64,000 nt of DNA from Lama guanicoe (GCA_013239625.1 MU056050.1:5713366-5777365); one strand, 5' to 3'; counted from the stretch's first letter, positions 50,883-64,000 are shown. The notes: generated from the letters alone by a model not told the origin. Numbers and translations: made by a program.

Positions 50883-52146
50883 TTTTAAAATAGGGAATAC
50901 AATACTATGGTGTGCCATGGTCTATTTTGGCAAAAATTTAACAAATTATTTCTGCAAACCTAATATCTGCCCAGAACCATGGAGGACACAAAGATAAACA
51001 CAACACAACTTCTACCTTAAAGGAGATAATTATTCATAAATGAAACAAGATGTGCAGAAATGACCTCAATTCGAGGAAGAAGCCAAAATGTGATAGATTT
51101 CTATTAAATTCCAGGAAACCCAGCGGTTATTTTTAATTACTCACAAGAGTTCATCAGAAGAAGTGTCTAATTAATAGGATTTTATTTCTTCTTAATTGCT
51201 AGCAGCATATCAAACCAATCCATCTGAGAGATAGCTAGGGTCCTGAATCACATCGGCGAGCACACTCAAGATCAGCGGAGTACAGGAAGCAAAGAAAGAA
51301 AGGTTCAGGATGACAGCAAATAGTAAAGTCATCCTAAACTCAAGTGCCAAATGGTTCATCACTCACATCTGGGGGAAAAAAAAAGATGAGGAACTAAGAG
51401 CTGGGTTTTATCAAGTCCACCTCTATCTGGAATTGCCCCTTTGGCACGTTGTCCTGCCCCAGGCAGACGCACAGTCCAACAGAACTCCAAAGTCAGCCAT
51501 AAACAGAAAGGGCTTCATTTCCCTGAAACGCCCTCCTGCCCCCAGAGTCAATCTATCAAGAATTTAGCCTCTGCCTCCTTTGGAATACATTTCTCTATCT
51601 CGAATTCACACTATCTTTGTGAGTTAATAAGTTTCAACTGTTAAAGCAGGGCTCTTCCAAAATTTACTTTAGAAATGGAACTTTTTTTTTTTACCCTAAA
51701 TGGTCAAGAAACCAAATATATCAAAGAAATCAAAGTGAAGCTGGTGTGCTTGAAGCAGGGCTGTGGACATGCAGGGCCTGCTGCCTGTGCCCCCGTCTTC
51801 TCTCCCGTCCCTCAGCGGCTCCTGGGGGCGCTTTGCAGCACCACTGAGAAAAAGGAAGCCTTTGAACTATTATTATATCAGTGTCAAAAAGTTATTTTAG
51901 TAACTGGGCAGCCACCTTTAGAAAAGGAATGATAATATTTTTAACAAAGTATCTTGATAATTAGGTATAAAAGGTGAGATCAGGAGGGCCTGCATTGGGA
52001 AGAACACATATAAAAGTAGAGCAAATTAAACCTCGCCACAGAAGAATTAACTAAGCCTTTGTTGTGAGGGGAGAGGAAAAAGCATATTTGTGATACAATG
52101 GGATATTTATGATGCTGCGAAATTGTCACAAATACAAAAGCTCACC

Positions 52147-52628
52147 CAGATGGTCCCTGACTTTCCATGGTTTGACTTGATTTTTCAGCTTTCCAATGGT
52201 GTGAAAGCAACACACGTTCAGTAGAAGTCATAATTCTGAATTTTCATCCTTTTCCAGGCTAGCCACATGCAGTAAGGTCTTCTCTGTAGACGCTGGGCAG
52301 CTCTGGCGAGCCACGGAAACCAGTCAGCCACGTGACCACGAGAGTAAACGACCACTAGACTTCCAATTCTGTGCCCGTACCACCACTCTGTCTTCACTTT
52401 CAGTGAGTAACATGAGATAGTCAACACTTTATCATACAATAGGCTTTGTGTTAGATGATTTTGCCCAACTTTAGGCTAATGTACGTATTCTGGGCAAGTT
52501 TAAGGTGGGCAAGGCTAAACTTTGATGGTGGGTAGGTTAGATGTATTAAGTGCATTTTCGACTTATGACACTTTCAACTTACAGTGGGTTTATCAGGACG
52601 TAGCCCACTGTAAGCCAAGGAAGATCTG
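52147..52628 (-). mobile_element. Tigger5/MER47-family DNA transposon
   Basis: cagatggtccctgactt ... aagccaaggaagatctg termini; internal aggctttgtgttagatgattttgcccaact and ggtaggttagatgtattaagtgcattttcgactta. Confidence 0.85.
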
Positions 52629-53199
52629 TGCCCGTGGGTATTTGTTGTGCAAATCAAAGAAATACAACTGAGCTCCCAATTCTGGATTGAGACGAAGGAA
52701 AGAGAAAGAAAAGGGAAGAAATGGACCAGTTAAGAACGAGAACTCAATGGAAAAGAAAACTCTGAACCAGAAGTTACAATAAAATGTGATTCCTTTTCAC
52801 TGATACCAAAATAAAAAAACTGGGCAGGCAATGAACTTCCCACAAAATGTAGGATAACGCCCTGATGTAATTTTATCTAAATTTCAGAGCACGACTTAGA
52901 TTAAGGTCCAAAAACCTATTTAGCACATGAAGAGACTGTGACATTTCTGTGTCTGAGGTTGGAATGAAAAACTAACTTAAAAGATTATTATCTTCTCCCT
53001 AATTCTCCTTCCAAGTTATCAGCCTTTACAACGAGAGAGAGACAGACAGACAGACTATGGGGACTTTAACACTCCCAGAACAGAGAGAAAAGGGTGAAGC
53101 AGAAGTAAGAGTAGGGAAGGAGAAAAGGTAGGAATAAAAAAAAAAAGGAAGTATGGCATAAAGTAAGACAAGTACAAGACTAGAAAAAAGGAGAAAAAG

Positions 53200-53930
53200 T
53201 AAGGTGAGGATAAATTTTCTAGCCAAGTTGGGAAAGCTCCTTCCAAAACTCAGATGCCTGTGGCCCACACGTGCACTTGGTTATATGCCCTAGTTGTTTT
53301 TATCTCCAGAAGCCAACTATCATCTCCAGAATTTCGAAAGTTCTACGGAAATTTCTTCAATTTCTCATGGCTCCTACAAATCATATTCCAGCGCTCTGCA
53401 CAAATGATATCCAGTAAATGTTGTTTAAACGAAAAAAAAAAAAAGCCTCACTCCTTGGTTCCCCGACCTCTGTGTCCAGGTACATGTCTTTACACCCTCC
53501 AAGACTAACGAACTACTTATAAATCCCTCAGCACGTCATGCTATTCCAAATCCCCATGACGTTGCACATTTTAGGTTTCGCTGCCAGAAACGTCCTTCCT
53601 CACTTTGTCTATCTGCCAAATTCCTAAATTCTCACCTTATGCCCACTTCTATTATTCTGTACATCATCCAACACATCCATTATCTGTATGTTTGCTTCAC
53701 ACACTGAACTGTGAGATTTAGGAAAATAGGTCCTATGTCTCTCTTAGCCAGTGTGGTATTCCCAACACTTCGTTCATTCAGTCAAAAAGTATTTGTTATT
53801 TATCTATGCCTAACGTCCCAGTCAATTTGTGAACATGACAACAATGACGGTATTATTGACACAAAGAGATGACCAGAACATAGCACAGACCCTCACACAT
53901 GCCAGGTGTTCAGGAAATATTGATTAAATC
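53200..53930 (+). mobile_element. L2 fragments
   Basis: ttgcacat...tctatctgccaaattccta; ctgaactgtgag; caggtgttcaggaaatattgattaaat. Confidence 0.55.
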
Positions 53931-54149
53931 GATTTAACATGGCAATCGTAAAAACACTGCCAATCTCTGTCTATAACTCAAATGTCTTACGTGTAAAAGA
54001 CCAGCAAGTATAAAGATTTTGGAATCGCCTTTAAGCAAAGACATTACTATTCCTGGAGCTTTCTTCTTTCCTTAGAGAAAGATTATTTTCTATTTCTGCA
54101 TTTAGCATTAAAAAGCCTTGTATTACTGTCCATTTACAACTCGGGCTAG

Positions 54150-54365
54150 TGAAGTGGTTTAAAAACAAGAGGCAATGGAACCAGACAAACCTGGGCCTAA
54201 ATTCTCACTGTGACTTAGTACTTGTGAGATCTTGAGCAAGTTACCTGATCTCTGAGTCTCAATTTCATCACCTATAAAATGTGGAGGAAAAGAATTACCG
54301 ATTACACACATGCAATATGTAGCAAGGAACTGGGCAAATTATAAGTGATCAATTAGCATTAGCCA
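54150..54365 (+). mobile_element. MIR SINE
   Basis: gtggtttaa...ccagacaaacctggg...tcttgagcaagttacctgatctctgagtctcaatttcatcacctataaaatg. Confidence 0.8.
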
Positions 54366-54996
54366 ACAATATTGAAAAGTATAATCAAGATTCAGTGTTT
54401 ATCCCAGAAAAAAAAAAAGCCACAGAACCTGAATGAAGCACAGTGAGAGCAGAAATGGAGCACTTTCAATCAGGGCCTGGGACCCGGGCAACGACTTGCC
54501 GGAGCCTCCGGGACACGGATCTGTATCACCAGGCCTACCTCTACATTCAATACAAAATATCCTACAGGCCACAGTCAAACGAGGCAGCTTATTGTCTGGA
54601 GTTGGTCTCCCAGTGAAGCAGCAGCTTCTCTCCGCCATTAAAAAATATATCTTGCTCTATTTTGAGTATCTGTGTTTCATAAAATATTTTCTGATACAAA
54701 ATGTATGTGGGACCTTTAAAAAATCAGAGGATGAGGAGAAATAATGCTTGAACTACAAGCAGGGAGAGAAATTGCATGCAGATGGCCTGCCAAATGGGGA
54801 GGGGGGTGCTTAGCAGCCTGGAGTGACTTGGAAGCCAGCAGGCAAACAAAGGGCTAATTGGAAAAGGGCCATTTCAAGGACTCACTCGGCTGACATGAAG
54901 CCTCAAAACATGCCATCCGTCTCATTTTCTTTCTTTCTTTCTTCTCATTCCATTCATGTGGATGTTACAGCTTAGGACAGACTTTAGGTTCTACAT

Positions 54997-55219
54997 CAGG
55001 AGTTGGGAAACCTGATCGGTAACAAGCTAGATTGAAAATATTTTATTCTTTGCAGACCACAGGGTCTCCATATCACCTACTCAACTCTGCTGCTGTCACA
55101 CATAAAGAGCCACAGGTAACAGGAAATGGAGGGCAATGACTGCGCTCCAATACAGCTTTCTTTACCAAATCCGCCTACAGGCTAGATTCGGACCACGGGT
55201 CAAAGTTTGACCACCTCTG
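54997..55219 (+). mobile_element. MER58A-like hAT element (second copy)
   Basis: cagg...ctctg termini; ctactcaactctgc; ctccaatacagctttctttac; colinear with 8147-8362. Confidence 0.8.
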
Positions 55220-56159
55220 CTTTAGAAGCCAAGAAAAGGAGCACAGGAAGAATATTTCTGGGAAATGGGGACAACATGGGCAAAGCCAAGATCATGAGGT
55301 TCTGGCCTCTGGTTACCTCTATGACCTTGGATAAAGTACACCATCTGTTTACGGCTCAGTTTCCTTATCTGCGAAATGAAATCATCTCTATGACCCTTTC
55401 TGTTGTCAAAATTATGACTTTTCTGTCACAGTAGTGACTGTCAAATATGTTGCAGCCTTGATTAGATTTTTTTGTTTAACAGAGTCTAATATAGAAGCCC
55501 CAAATGCAAAACAGATGAAAATGGAGTTAGTCTATGGTTAGTTTATTTGAAGCTGTGGAAGGAAACCTGAAGTTCAACTTTTTCTATTATCAGTGCACAT
55601 TATTGACCATTCTCAAACTCTTGATTCTCATCCATAGTTTTAAAAATTCCCTGTCACAATAAGGGGTTTAGTGATGTTCATAGCTTCATTATAAAAAGTA
55701 TTCCATCTCCTAATCCTTTATAGGCTATGAATATCTTTCAAATTTATTTCCTCTAAACCAAAACTTTTGAAGCTAGCCTATCTTCACAGAAAGGAATAAC
55801 TTTGGACATTTCAGGAAATGTGGCAAAGGAAAGAGGGGGTTTATTTCAACAAGTATGCATGGATACACTTCACCTTATTGTCTCAAAAGACCTTCAGAGC
55901 AGAAGAGATTGGTAACATTCTCTCCAATACGTCAGCTACTTTGGCAACATCAGTCAGAATTTTTAATGAATGTGACACTTAACATGACTAAGTAATCACC
56001 GTGTTGGCTTGCCTGGAGTAAGTTTTATCACAGAAGCCCACCACGCATTTCTGCAATCTGCAATTAACAGGTTGCAAGTTGAGCTTTCCTGTAGCACCGA
56101 GGATGGGTTGAGCTCTGTCCACACCCTATATGATGTTTTAGCTTGTCAGCTTGTGTGTG

Positions 56160-56295
56160 TCTAAGAGAAAAAAGAAGAGAGGGAAGGATGGAAGGAGAAA
56201 GAGAGGAAGGGGGAGAAAGAAGAAAAGAGAGAGAGAAAGTGAGCAATTTCATTTATTGAGAAAATGGAGGAAGAGGAGAAGAGGGGGGAATGAAT
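56160..56295 (+). repeat. Purine-rich (A/G) low-complexity tract
   Basis: Mostly GA runs; similar tracts at about 30660-30730 and 53030-53215. Confidence 0.7.
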
Positions 56296-58314
56296 TCAGG
56301 ACTAGACTGAATAATAACTGCTTCTGCAAAACCATTGGTGTTAAATGCAGCAAAATCGTATCTAAACTGGGATTTTAAAAACCTACCATTATCTCATCTG
56401 TTATTCTGGAAACCCTCAAAAAGCTGATAATATCGTGGCTAGCTGGCATCTAGAGGGCAATTTTCTTGAAGCCAGCTGGTTTCTCCTAACAGCACCTGCA
56501 AAATTAAACTAACTAAAAGACTGCCTCAAATTATTAGCACTGCCCACAGGGACGCAAGCAGTTGTGTAGGATGATTTCAACGACCAAAATAAAGGGAGAA
56601 TATGATCAAACCAACTCACTTCAATTAATTTCACCATTCATAATGGTCACTAAAGGCCAAATGAAAGGTTCCATGATTTAGTGACTATTTCTATCCCTTC
56701 TGAGATCTTACTGTCAGAAGCAGATTATGCTGCAGCATACTGGCTGTGCAGGGACAAGCAGAATACAGAAACTGAGCGTGCAGAGCGAGTTGAAACCAAC
56801 GACAACAAAAAGGAAATTACTGGAATGGTGTATCATGAAATGGAGAGAAGAAACAAAGAACTGTAACCAAAAGGGGCAGGACGCAAGTCAGTTTCAGGGA
56901 TGAAGGTAACAGAAGCTAACCAACAGTCTTCTCACAGCGGGCCAATGGATGCCAGAGAGGTGACCGGCTGCCGTCTTATTTTATGTCATGTTGCTGCTCA
57001 TATGTGAAATGCAATGCTATGCTAACACAGCTCCAAACCTTTGTCACTGAACCTGATGACCACTTATAAACCCCTCCAGTACAGACATGAGTCACTGGAA
57101 AGCTCCTTGTGCTCATGGGAACAAGAAAGTCCCAGGACTGGGGAGGTGGGGGGAGGGAAGGAGAGAGACAGGGGTAGATATTTAGCTCGGGCTTGAAGCT
57201 CACCCACTGCATAGAATAAGCCAGGGTATCTTAATTAGTCACGCCACCATTGCACAGGGAGGAGAAAAGCCCATACCCTTGCAGGAAACTGAGAGCACGT
57301 TTCCAAAGAGGAGAAAATGAATAAAGGGGGCAGTAATATAAAATTAACATTAAAATGAAAATATATACATAAACAGACACATGAAAACCCTTCTAAGTTA
57401 CTAAGAACAACTTCAGTGACTAAGAACTTGCTGTTTCTTGAAGTAGTATCTTGTCAGGCTCTGAGTCTTAAAACTTCTTCCTGATCTTGTCCTGATTTGT
57501 CTCATTATAGCTTTAGCCCACTGGCCTACTTGCATCCTTTCATCACTACCCAGGATAAATCTTCCTCTTCTGCCTCAGTCCTTCAGGTATTTGGGTCAGC
57601 TTTCCTCTCCCTTTTCTCCAACCTTTTTCTTTTCTGGGTTTTCTTCAGTCATGGCTCACAGACCTTACAATTGCTCTCACTTCGCTTATAATCCATGTTT
57701 TCCTAGATCTTGGAATGCCTAACTCACTGTTCAGATTTCAGTTAAAATGTCATCTTCTCGTAGAGACAATCTGAGCACTCCATCTAAAGTAGCACCTTCT
57801 GAGTTACATTTTGCGATTTAAACAAATTTAAATATGTATGTATAACAAAATGAAATACACAACATGGAGGTAAGATATAAAGATAAAAAATGAAATGAAA
57901 ATGCACGTCACCATCATTTGCTTTAAGATAAAGGATATTGCCAATAATATCGAAGCTCTTGCGGACCCAACCTTCTCCTTCATGGACGTAACCACTTTCC
58001 TAAACTATATTGATTGCATATTTTTACTTTGCTTTATGGTTTTACTAAATTCATATGAGGCCCTAAAATATACACTCCTAGTCTCACATGTTTTAATTCA
58101 TATAAATGGAATCATAGAATACACATTTTCTATGACTTGTTTTTTACTATCCATCATATCAGTGAGAATCATTCCCACTGATACATGCAGTCATAGTTGA
58201 TTCTTTCCCATAACTGTATACTCTTTCCTTCAATGAATATAACATGTTTTACTTACCATTCTGCTGCTAATGGATATTTGTTTCCATATGTTTGCTATTA
58301 AAAATAATGCTGTT

Positions 58315-58630
58315 GCACACAGGACTTTTAAGGCAATGAAAGTATTCTGTATAATCCTATAATGGTGGCTACATGTCATGATACATTTCTCAAAACACAT
58401 AGAATGTACAATACCAAGAGTGGACTCTAATGCAAACTATGGAATTTGGGTGATAATGATGTCTCAATGTAGGTTTATCGACTGTAACAAATGGACCACT
58501 CGGTGGGGGATGATGTTAGTGGAGGAGGCTGTGTGTATGTGTTCGGAGGCAGGGGATATACGGGAACGCTTGTACTTTCTGCTCAGTTTTGCTGTGAGTC
58601 TAAAACTGCTCTGAAAAATAGTCTATTATC
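58315..58630 (+). mobile_element. L1MC1-like 3' end
   Basis: catagaatgtacaataccaagagtg...ctatggaatttgggtgataatgatgt...ctaaaactgctct; imperfect TSD aaataatgctgtt / aagtaatgctctt. Confidence 0.85.
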
Positions 58631-58654
58631 AAGTAATGCTCTTATGAACACCTA

Positions 58655-59185
58655 TGCATTCATTTAACAAAGAGTTATTGAGCACTTACTATGATCTAGG
58701 AGCTAATCTAGGTCCATGGATTCCATTAGTCAAACAGCAGTCAAAATTGTCTGGCCTCATGGAGTTTATACTGCAATAGGGGAAGACAGAAAATAAACAG
58801 GTCAGTAAAATATTTAGGATATTAGATGATGCTAAATGCTATGGATAAAAATTAGAGCAGTAAAAGGGGTTAAGGAGTGTTGGAAGGGTGTATTTTCAGG
58901 TTCAATGAAAAGGAGATATTTGAGTAAAGTTCTAAAGTAGGTGAGGGAGCAAGCCATTCTCTTCTGGGTAAAGAGTGTGCTAAGTTAGGGGCATTTTTGG
59001 AGTGTGAAGCAAACACCAAGGACTGTTATGAGGTTGGAGCGCTAAGTGAGGAACGGAGTAAAAGGGCATGGAATCAGATGGGCATTTAGAAGGTGAGGTG
59101 GCACAAATTCTATAGAGCTCTTTAAGCTACTGTTAGCCTTTGGACTTTTATTCTAGGAGATATGAAAAACTACTGAAGATGGATC
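58655..59185 (-). mobile_element. L2 3' part lying inside the L1M
   Basis: cattcatttaacaaagagttattgagcacttactatg ... gcctcatggagtttatact ... ggtgagggagcaagccat. Confidence 0.8.
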
Positions 59186-60406
59186 TCTAGAGTAGTGAGT
59201 GGTAAAATTACTAAGGCATAGGGTAGGTGTATCTTCAACTTGCTAATAAATGGCAAACTATTTTCAAATATAACCACAACAATACACTTCCACTAGCAGT
59301 CTATGAAGAATCCTCACAGTTCCAAGCTTCACCAACATTTGATATTGTAAGGCTTTGAAAATTTTGCAAATCTGATGGATTTAAAATATCTCACTGAAGT
59401 CATAATTTTTATTTCCATGATGACAGAGTTGGAACTTTTATTCATTTTTTCCCATACAATAATTTTATTCTAATTTTTCACATCCATCAATGTACTTACT
59501 TTTCACCAAAACCAAAGCTACTTTTTGAATGTTATATTTACTTCCATTTAAGCTGTTTAAAATAATTTTTTTAAACCTGAGCATGATGATGTCAGTAGAA
59601 ATTTTATACTAAAACTAACCTTTTCATTTTTTTTATTTCCACAAAATAATCACTGTCAGCATTTATAAGACTATTTAAAATTGAGGGATAATTTAAATGC
59701 AGTTGAAATGCACAGACCTTAAGTCGTTTTTGGCACATACATACAGCTTGTGTATCCCAGATCACTATCCAAATAGAAAACATTCCATTGCCTCAGAAAC
59801 TTCCCTTTTGTCCCTTCTTAGACCCACCACAATCCCTTCTATGTGAGTTCTATCACAGTAGAAGTTTTGCCTACAGCAGAACTTAATATAAATATGAGCA
59901 TACACCATACATGATCTTTTTACCCAACGAGTTTTTCAGATTCATCCAGAGTGTTGCATACATCAGTACTACTTTCATTTTAAATGGTAATATTCCATTG
60001 TGTAAATACACATTTTGTCCATTTTCCTACTGATGGACATCTGAGTCACTTCTAGATTGATATTTTTATTCATTAATCTGTGGTGAACATTCTTGAACTA
60101 TGTTTTTTGTGCACAGTGTTTTCACATCTCCTGGATGAATACCTAGGAGTGTAACTGCTAGATCATAAGAACAGAATCTTGTCGATTTTCTTACGTGGTT
60201 TTATCATTTTACATTCCTACCACCAATGTATGAGCTCCAGTTGCTCCAAAACCTTGAAAACATTTTATGTTGTCAGTCTTCTTTACTTTAGCCATTTTAG
60301 TGGGTGGTATCTCATTGTGAAATGGTATCTCATTGTAGTCTATACATATTTTTTATTGAACATTTATGTTTTCTATTCTGAAAAATGTCTCTCCAAGCCC
60401 ATATTT

Positions 60407-60546
60407 CTGTTTTTATTTGCCTGTTTTATGAAGGGGAGATAATTAGGTTTATTTACTTATTTATACTTGGAGGAGGTACTGTGGATTGAACCCAGGACCT
60501 CGAGCATGCTAAGCATGCACTCTACCGCTTGAGCTATACTCTCCCC
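60407..60546 (-). mobile_element. Camelid tRNA-derived SINE (Vic-1-like)
   Basis: ggattgaacccaggacctcgagcatgctaagcatgcactctaccgcttgagctatac; 18-bp TSD ctctcc[a/g]agcccatattt at 60389-60406 / 60546-60563. Confidence 0.92.
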
Positions 60547-63299
60547 TCTCCGAGCCCATATTTGTATTTAGATGTTTGTCTTTTCTTTTTAAGTCAGGGT
60601 AATTGATATTTCATGGTCCCTGATCCCTTCTCTGTTACATATGTTGCAAATATCTGTTTCCTAGTTTTGGCTCTTTACTTTCCCAAAGATGTTGTTTCAT
60701 GATCAAAAGTTCTTATTTTACTGTGCCCAAGTTCATCAACCATTTTACTTTATGGTTTTGCAATTTTTACTAAATTTTAACACCTTTATTGTGGTATAAT
60801 TCCTGTACAGTAAACTATACATATTTAAGATGTACAAGTTGATTAATTTTGATAGATGTAAACACCTAAGAAACCACCACCAGGTTTGTACTTTTTAAAT
60901 TCAGCTTTTTAAGTTTCAGGAAAGATCTTACTGGGATTTTTTATTAGAGTTGATCAATTTGGAAAGAATTAAATATTTATAAAATTGAGTTTTCCTAAGA
61001 ACAAGATGAATCTGTCCATTTAATAGTTTTGACAAGTTTAAAATATTTCTCCATAGTATATCTATGGAGGAAAATTGCACATTTAAATGGTGGCATTTTA
61101 AATAGTAGCTTTATTTTAATTAATAACATTGTCTAATTGTTTGTTACTGGTGTCTGGAAAGGCTGGCATCTAGATTTTTGTATACTAAATTTGTGTCCAG
61201 CCGTCTGGCTAAACTCTTATTAATTCTAATAAGTAGATTTGTCTTTTCAATTGCCTAAGTCATCATTTTACCTGAAAATAACACTTTTTGTTTTTATCTT
61301 TCTAACCCATATAACTTTATTTTTGTGCTTTATTGCATGGCCTAGAACCACCTGTATAATTGATTAAAAGCGATGATAGTGAGGATCATTTGTTTCTGAT
61401 TTTAAAATAATTCCTTCTAATAGTTCATGATTATAAGTGTTGCTAAAGGTGTTTTGCACATACTTCTTATTAACTTAAGGAAGTATTCTTATATTCCTAG
61501 TTTGCTGAAAGTTTTTAAAAATTATGAATGGACGTCAAATTTAATCTCCTTTTGGTGCCATATCTTCAGGTGACTGAAGGTTTAAACATACAGGTTTAAT
61601 TCTTTAAACTGATAGTGTCAAATTACGGTAAAAGAGTTTCTAATGTTGAACTAAAACTGGATTCCTAAAAAATTTAACATAGTTATGAGATATTATTCTT
61701 TTAATAAATTGCTTGATTCATTTGCTGATATTTTGGTTTTTATTTTTGTATTTATTGTAGTGAGTGAGCAAACCTGTAATTTTCCTTCCTTATATCATCT
61801 GCTTTTTTTAAACAAGGTTACCTATAGGTTCACAAAATAATCTGACAGTGTCTCCTATTTTTCTATATAATGTGTAAAATTGGAATTATATGGTGCTTAA
61901 ATATTTTACAGATCTCAACTATAAACCATATGGGTATAGTGATTAATTTGAGGGGGATTCTAAACTAATAATTCACAATTTCTATTTCTACCTTTAATTA
62001 TCAAGCTACATTCTCCCACTGTACAATTTTACTTATTATTAGCTTTTAGATAAATTCTGTTTCTATGCTTTCTTCTTTGACCCATGAGTGACACAGTAAC
62101 ATTTTCATGTTTTCAAATATAAGGGGTTTGGTTACATTTTTGTTACTCATTTCTTAACTTAAATGCATTCTGGCTAAAGCATATGATCAGTATGATACTG
62201 ATTAATTTTTAAATGTGTTTTAGGCATAGTACATGATCAGTTTCTTGTATGCTTAAAAAGAACCTCTATTCTATGATAGTTAGAAAAAGTATTCTAATTA
62301 TGTATGTTCATTAAAGTTAACACTTTTGTTATTCTTTTTTATTCTTTTCTTAGTCTCCTATATTATTTCTGAGTTTTATTTTCTTGATCTATCAATTACC
62401 TAGAGGGATATACAAAATTCTCTTACTATGATGGTGGATTGGTCAATTCCTTGGATATGGTAATACTTACTTTCTGCTTCCCTATCAGCTCGCTTTCAAG
62501 GGGCTCTCCACTCAGGTGATCCAGAAGATGACTTCTAGAGCACAAGATCCAGCATAATCACACCTGGGATCCAGATTTGGAATGACACTTTGCCTAGTAA
62601 CAGTGTCTTTTGAAATCTGCATACGCAGGCGGGAAGTCAAAGCCCATATTGGAAGGGGGCAGTGAAAGTGAGCAATCAGGGTATTTCAGCAGTTCCTTGC
62701 AAAGCACATAAGGAACTACCCATTCACCTACATCCCTGGCTATGATCCAATTCAGGACCCCAAAGCAAAGCAAACTCCACAGTATTTAATCACTGGTGTT
62801 TCAAATAAGGAACTTCCCCTCTTTTTCATATGCTGTAAACAATCCAAGAGATAAAAACAGAACAAAACTAAACCAAAAAAAACCAAGGTGACACGGATGG
62901 AGAAATCTAAAAATACATCCAGACCAAAAGAACCAGGGTGATGGGTGATTTCCATAAAGTAAAGATAGAATGCCCTATGCATGTGTATGTCAAGACATCA
63001 GCCCAAACATCAGGCACCCCAGTTTTCAAGACACATTTAGCTACTGGCAGGCTCAAATTAATTACAAGCCGTTCATCCCAAAGAGAGAAAGTTAGTTTTA
63101 AAGGGCAAGTTCTAAAATTCATGGAGAAACTGAGATGGAGAAGGCACTCTGGCTGGTTGATGCTGATCTATGTTCAACTGACCCATGCATCCACGCTCCT
63201 TCTCTGTCAAGTTTGACTTTCCTTTCCCCTCTACATACATCTCTCAAGATCTACTTATCATTTCCTTTCTCCTACAAGATAGATTTGATTTAACCTGGA

Positions 63300-63400
63300 T
63301 TAATATTTATATGTATATGTAAAATATAAAATGTGTAACACATGCTAGGTAAATATATACGTATATAACCATAATACATATAAATATATATATGCACATA
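63300..63400. repeat. Degenerate TA-rich simple repeat
   Basis: Imperfect (TA)n/(TACA)n run. Confidence 0.6.
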
Positions 63401-63682
63401 AATGTGGTGATGTATGGGAGACAAAGGTGTACGTCCCAGGCTCATTCATCCATGACACCAAGTTTAAAGGCAAGACATTTAGCATTAACTACATTTCCTG
63501 GGGAAAAATGACTGTCATTCTGCCCCCTCCCAATATAGTTCAGCCACTCTTATTATACTTGGCTTTTTGACTCTCCCAGATAAAAAGAACCCACCGGTGA
63601 ACCATTTAGCACCTCACAAAATGCATCTAAACATAGCAAAATTCCTTTTACCCTTCTCAGAAGAAGGGGGAAAAAAGCTTTG

Positions 63683-63826
63683 GCGGGGAGGGTATAGCTC
63701 AAGTGGTAGAGCACAAGCTTAGTACACATGAGGTCCTGGGTTCAATCCCCAGTACCTCCTCTAAAAACAAGTAAATAAATAAATAAACCTAATTAACTCC
63801 CCTCCAAAAAAATGGTTTTTTTTTAT
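63683..63826 (+). mobile_element. Camelid tRNA-derived SINE (Vic-1-like)
   Basis: ggggagggtatagctcaagtggtagagc (A box) ... gggttcaatccc (B box), then a (TAAA)n tail; TSD aaaagctttg at 63673-63682 / 63827-63836. Confidence 0.95.
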
Positions 63827-64000
63827 AAAAGCTTTGACAAATAACTATCAAGAACTAAGATCCTGGATTCCCTAATATTCAAAAGATTTCATCTTGTCTT
63901 GCTCAGGAAAAAGAGTAGAATGAGATAGCCAGGGATAAAATGGTTAATCAGAGAAGGGAAGAGCTCATACAGCTTGACCAACCTCAGTAATTGACCTCTT

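Larger units (their letters stand above)
57810..62460 (-). mobile_element. Old L1M on the minus strand carrying several nested insertions
   Basis: T-rich L1 landmarks (tataaatggaatcatag; tggatatttgtttcca; tatgttgcaaatatct; gctaaactcttattaattctaat; attcctagtttgctga). Confidence 0.8.

Noticed and set aside
56443..56460. CTCF-like tggcatctagagggcaa
   Set aside because: Two core mismatches; much weaker than the 33754 site.
60305..60336. Short tandem duplications (tggtatctcattgt x2; also taatgggtaga x2 at about 36751 and cagtctaacc x2 at about 5241)
   Set aside because: Two-copy slippage duplications are common; there is no repeat-spacer array, so nothing CRISPR-like.
63685..63756. tRNA-like sequence with A and B boxes
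   Set aside because: It is the head of a SINE with a tail and TSD, not a tRNA gene; the same applies to the other two copies.

Overview
AT-rich mammalian genomic DNA. It is most likely camelid (alpaca/llama/camel), because it holds three copies of a tRNA-derived SINE I recognise as the camelid Vic-1 type, plus cetartiodactyl-type L1 3' ends. I found no recognisable protein-coding exon, RNA gene or CpG-island promoter, so the window reads as a large intron or intergenic DNA. Much of it is interspersed repeat: L1, L2, L3/CR1, MIR, MaLR and ERV1 LTRs, and hAT and Tigger DNA transposons, often nested with readable target-site duplications (TSDs). The most notable item is a GC/CpG-rich, coding-like insert at about 50.4-50.9 kb that looks like a 5'-inverted (twin-primed) retrocopy of a gene I cannot identify. 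Other points of interest: a TSD-flanked chimeric L1 3' end, two ultra-short L1 insertions, a strong CTCF motif in a locally CpG-rich patch, an enhancer-like motif cluster, and several minus-strand exon-like segments including an 18-nt microexon candidate. Repeat family names come from remembered consensus sequences, not a search. Boundaries without TSDs are approximate. I see no evidence for a new multi-gene system.
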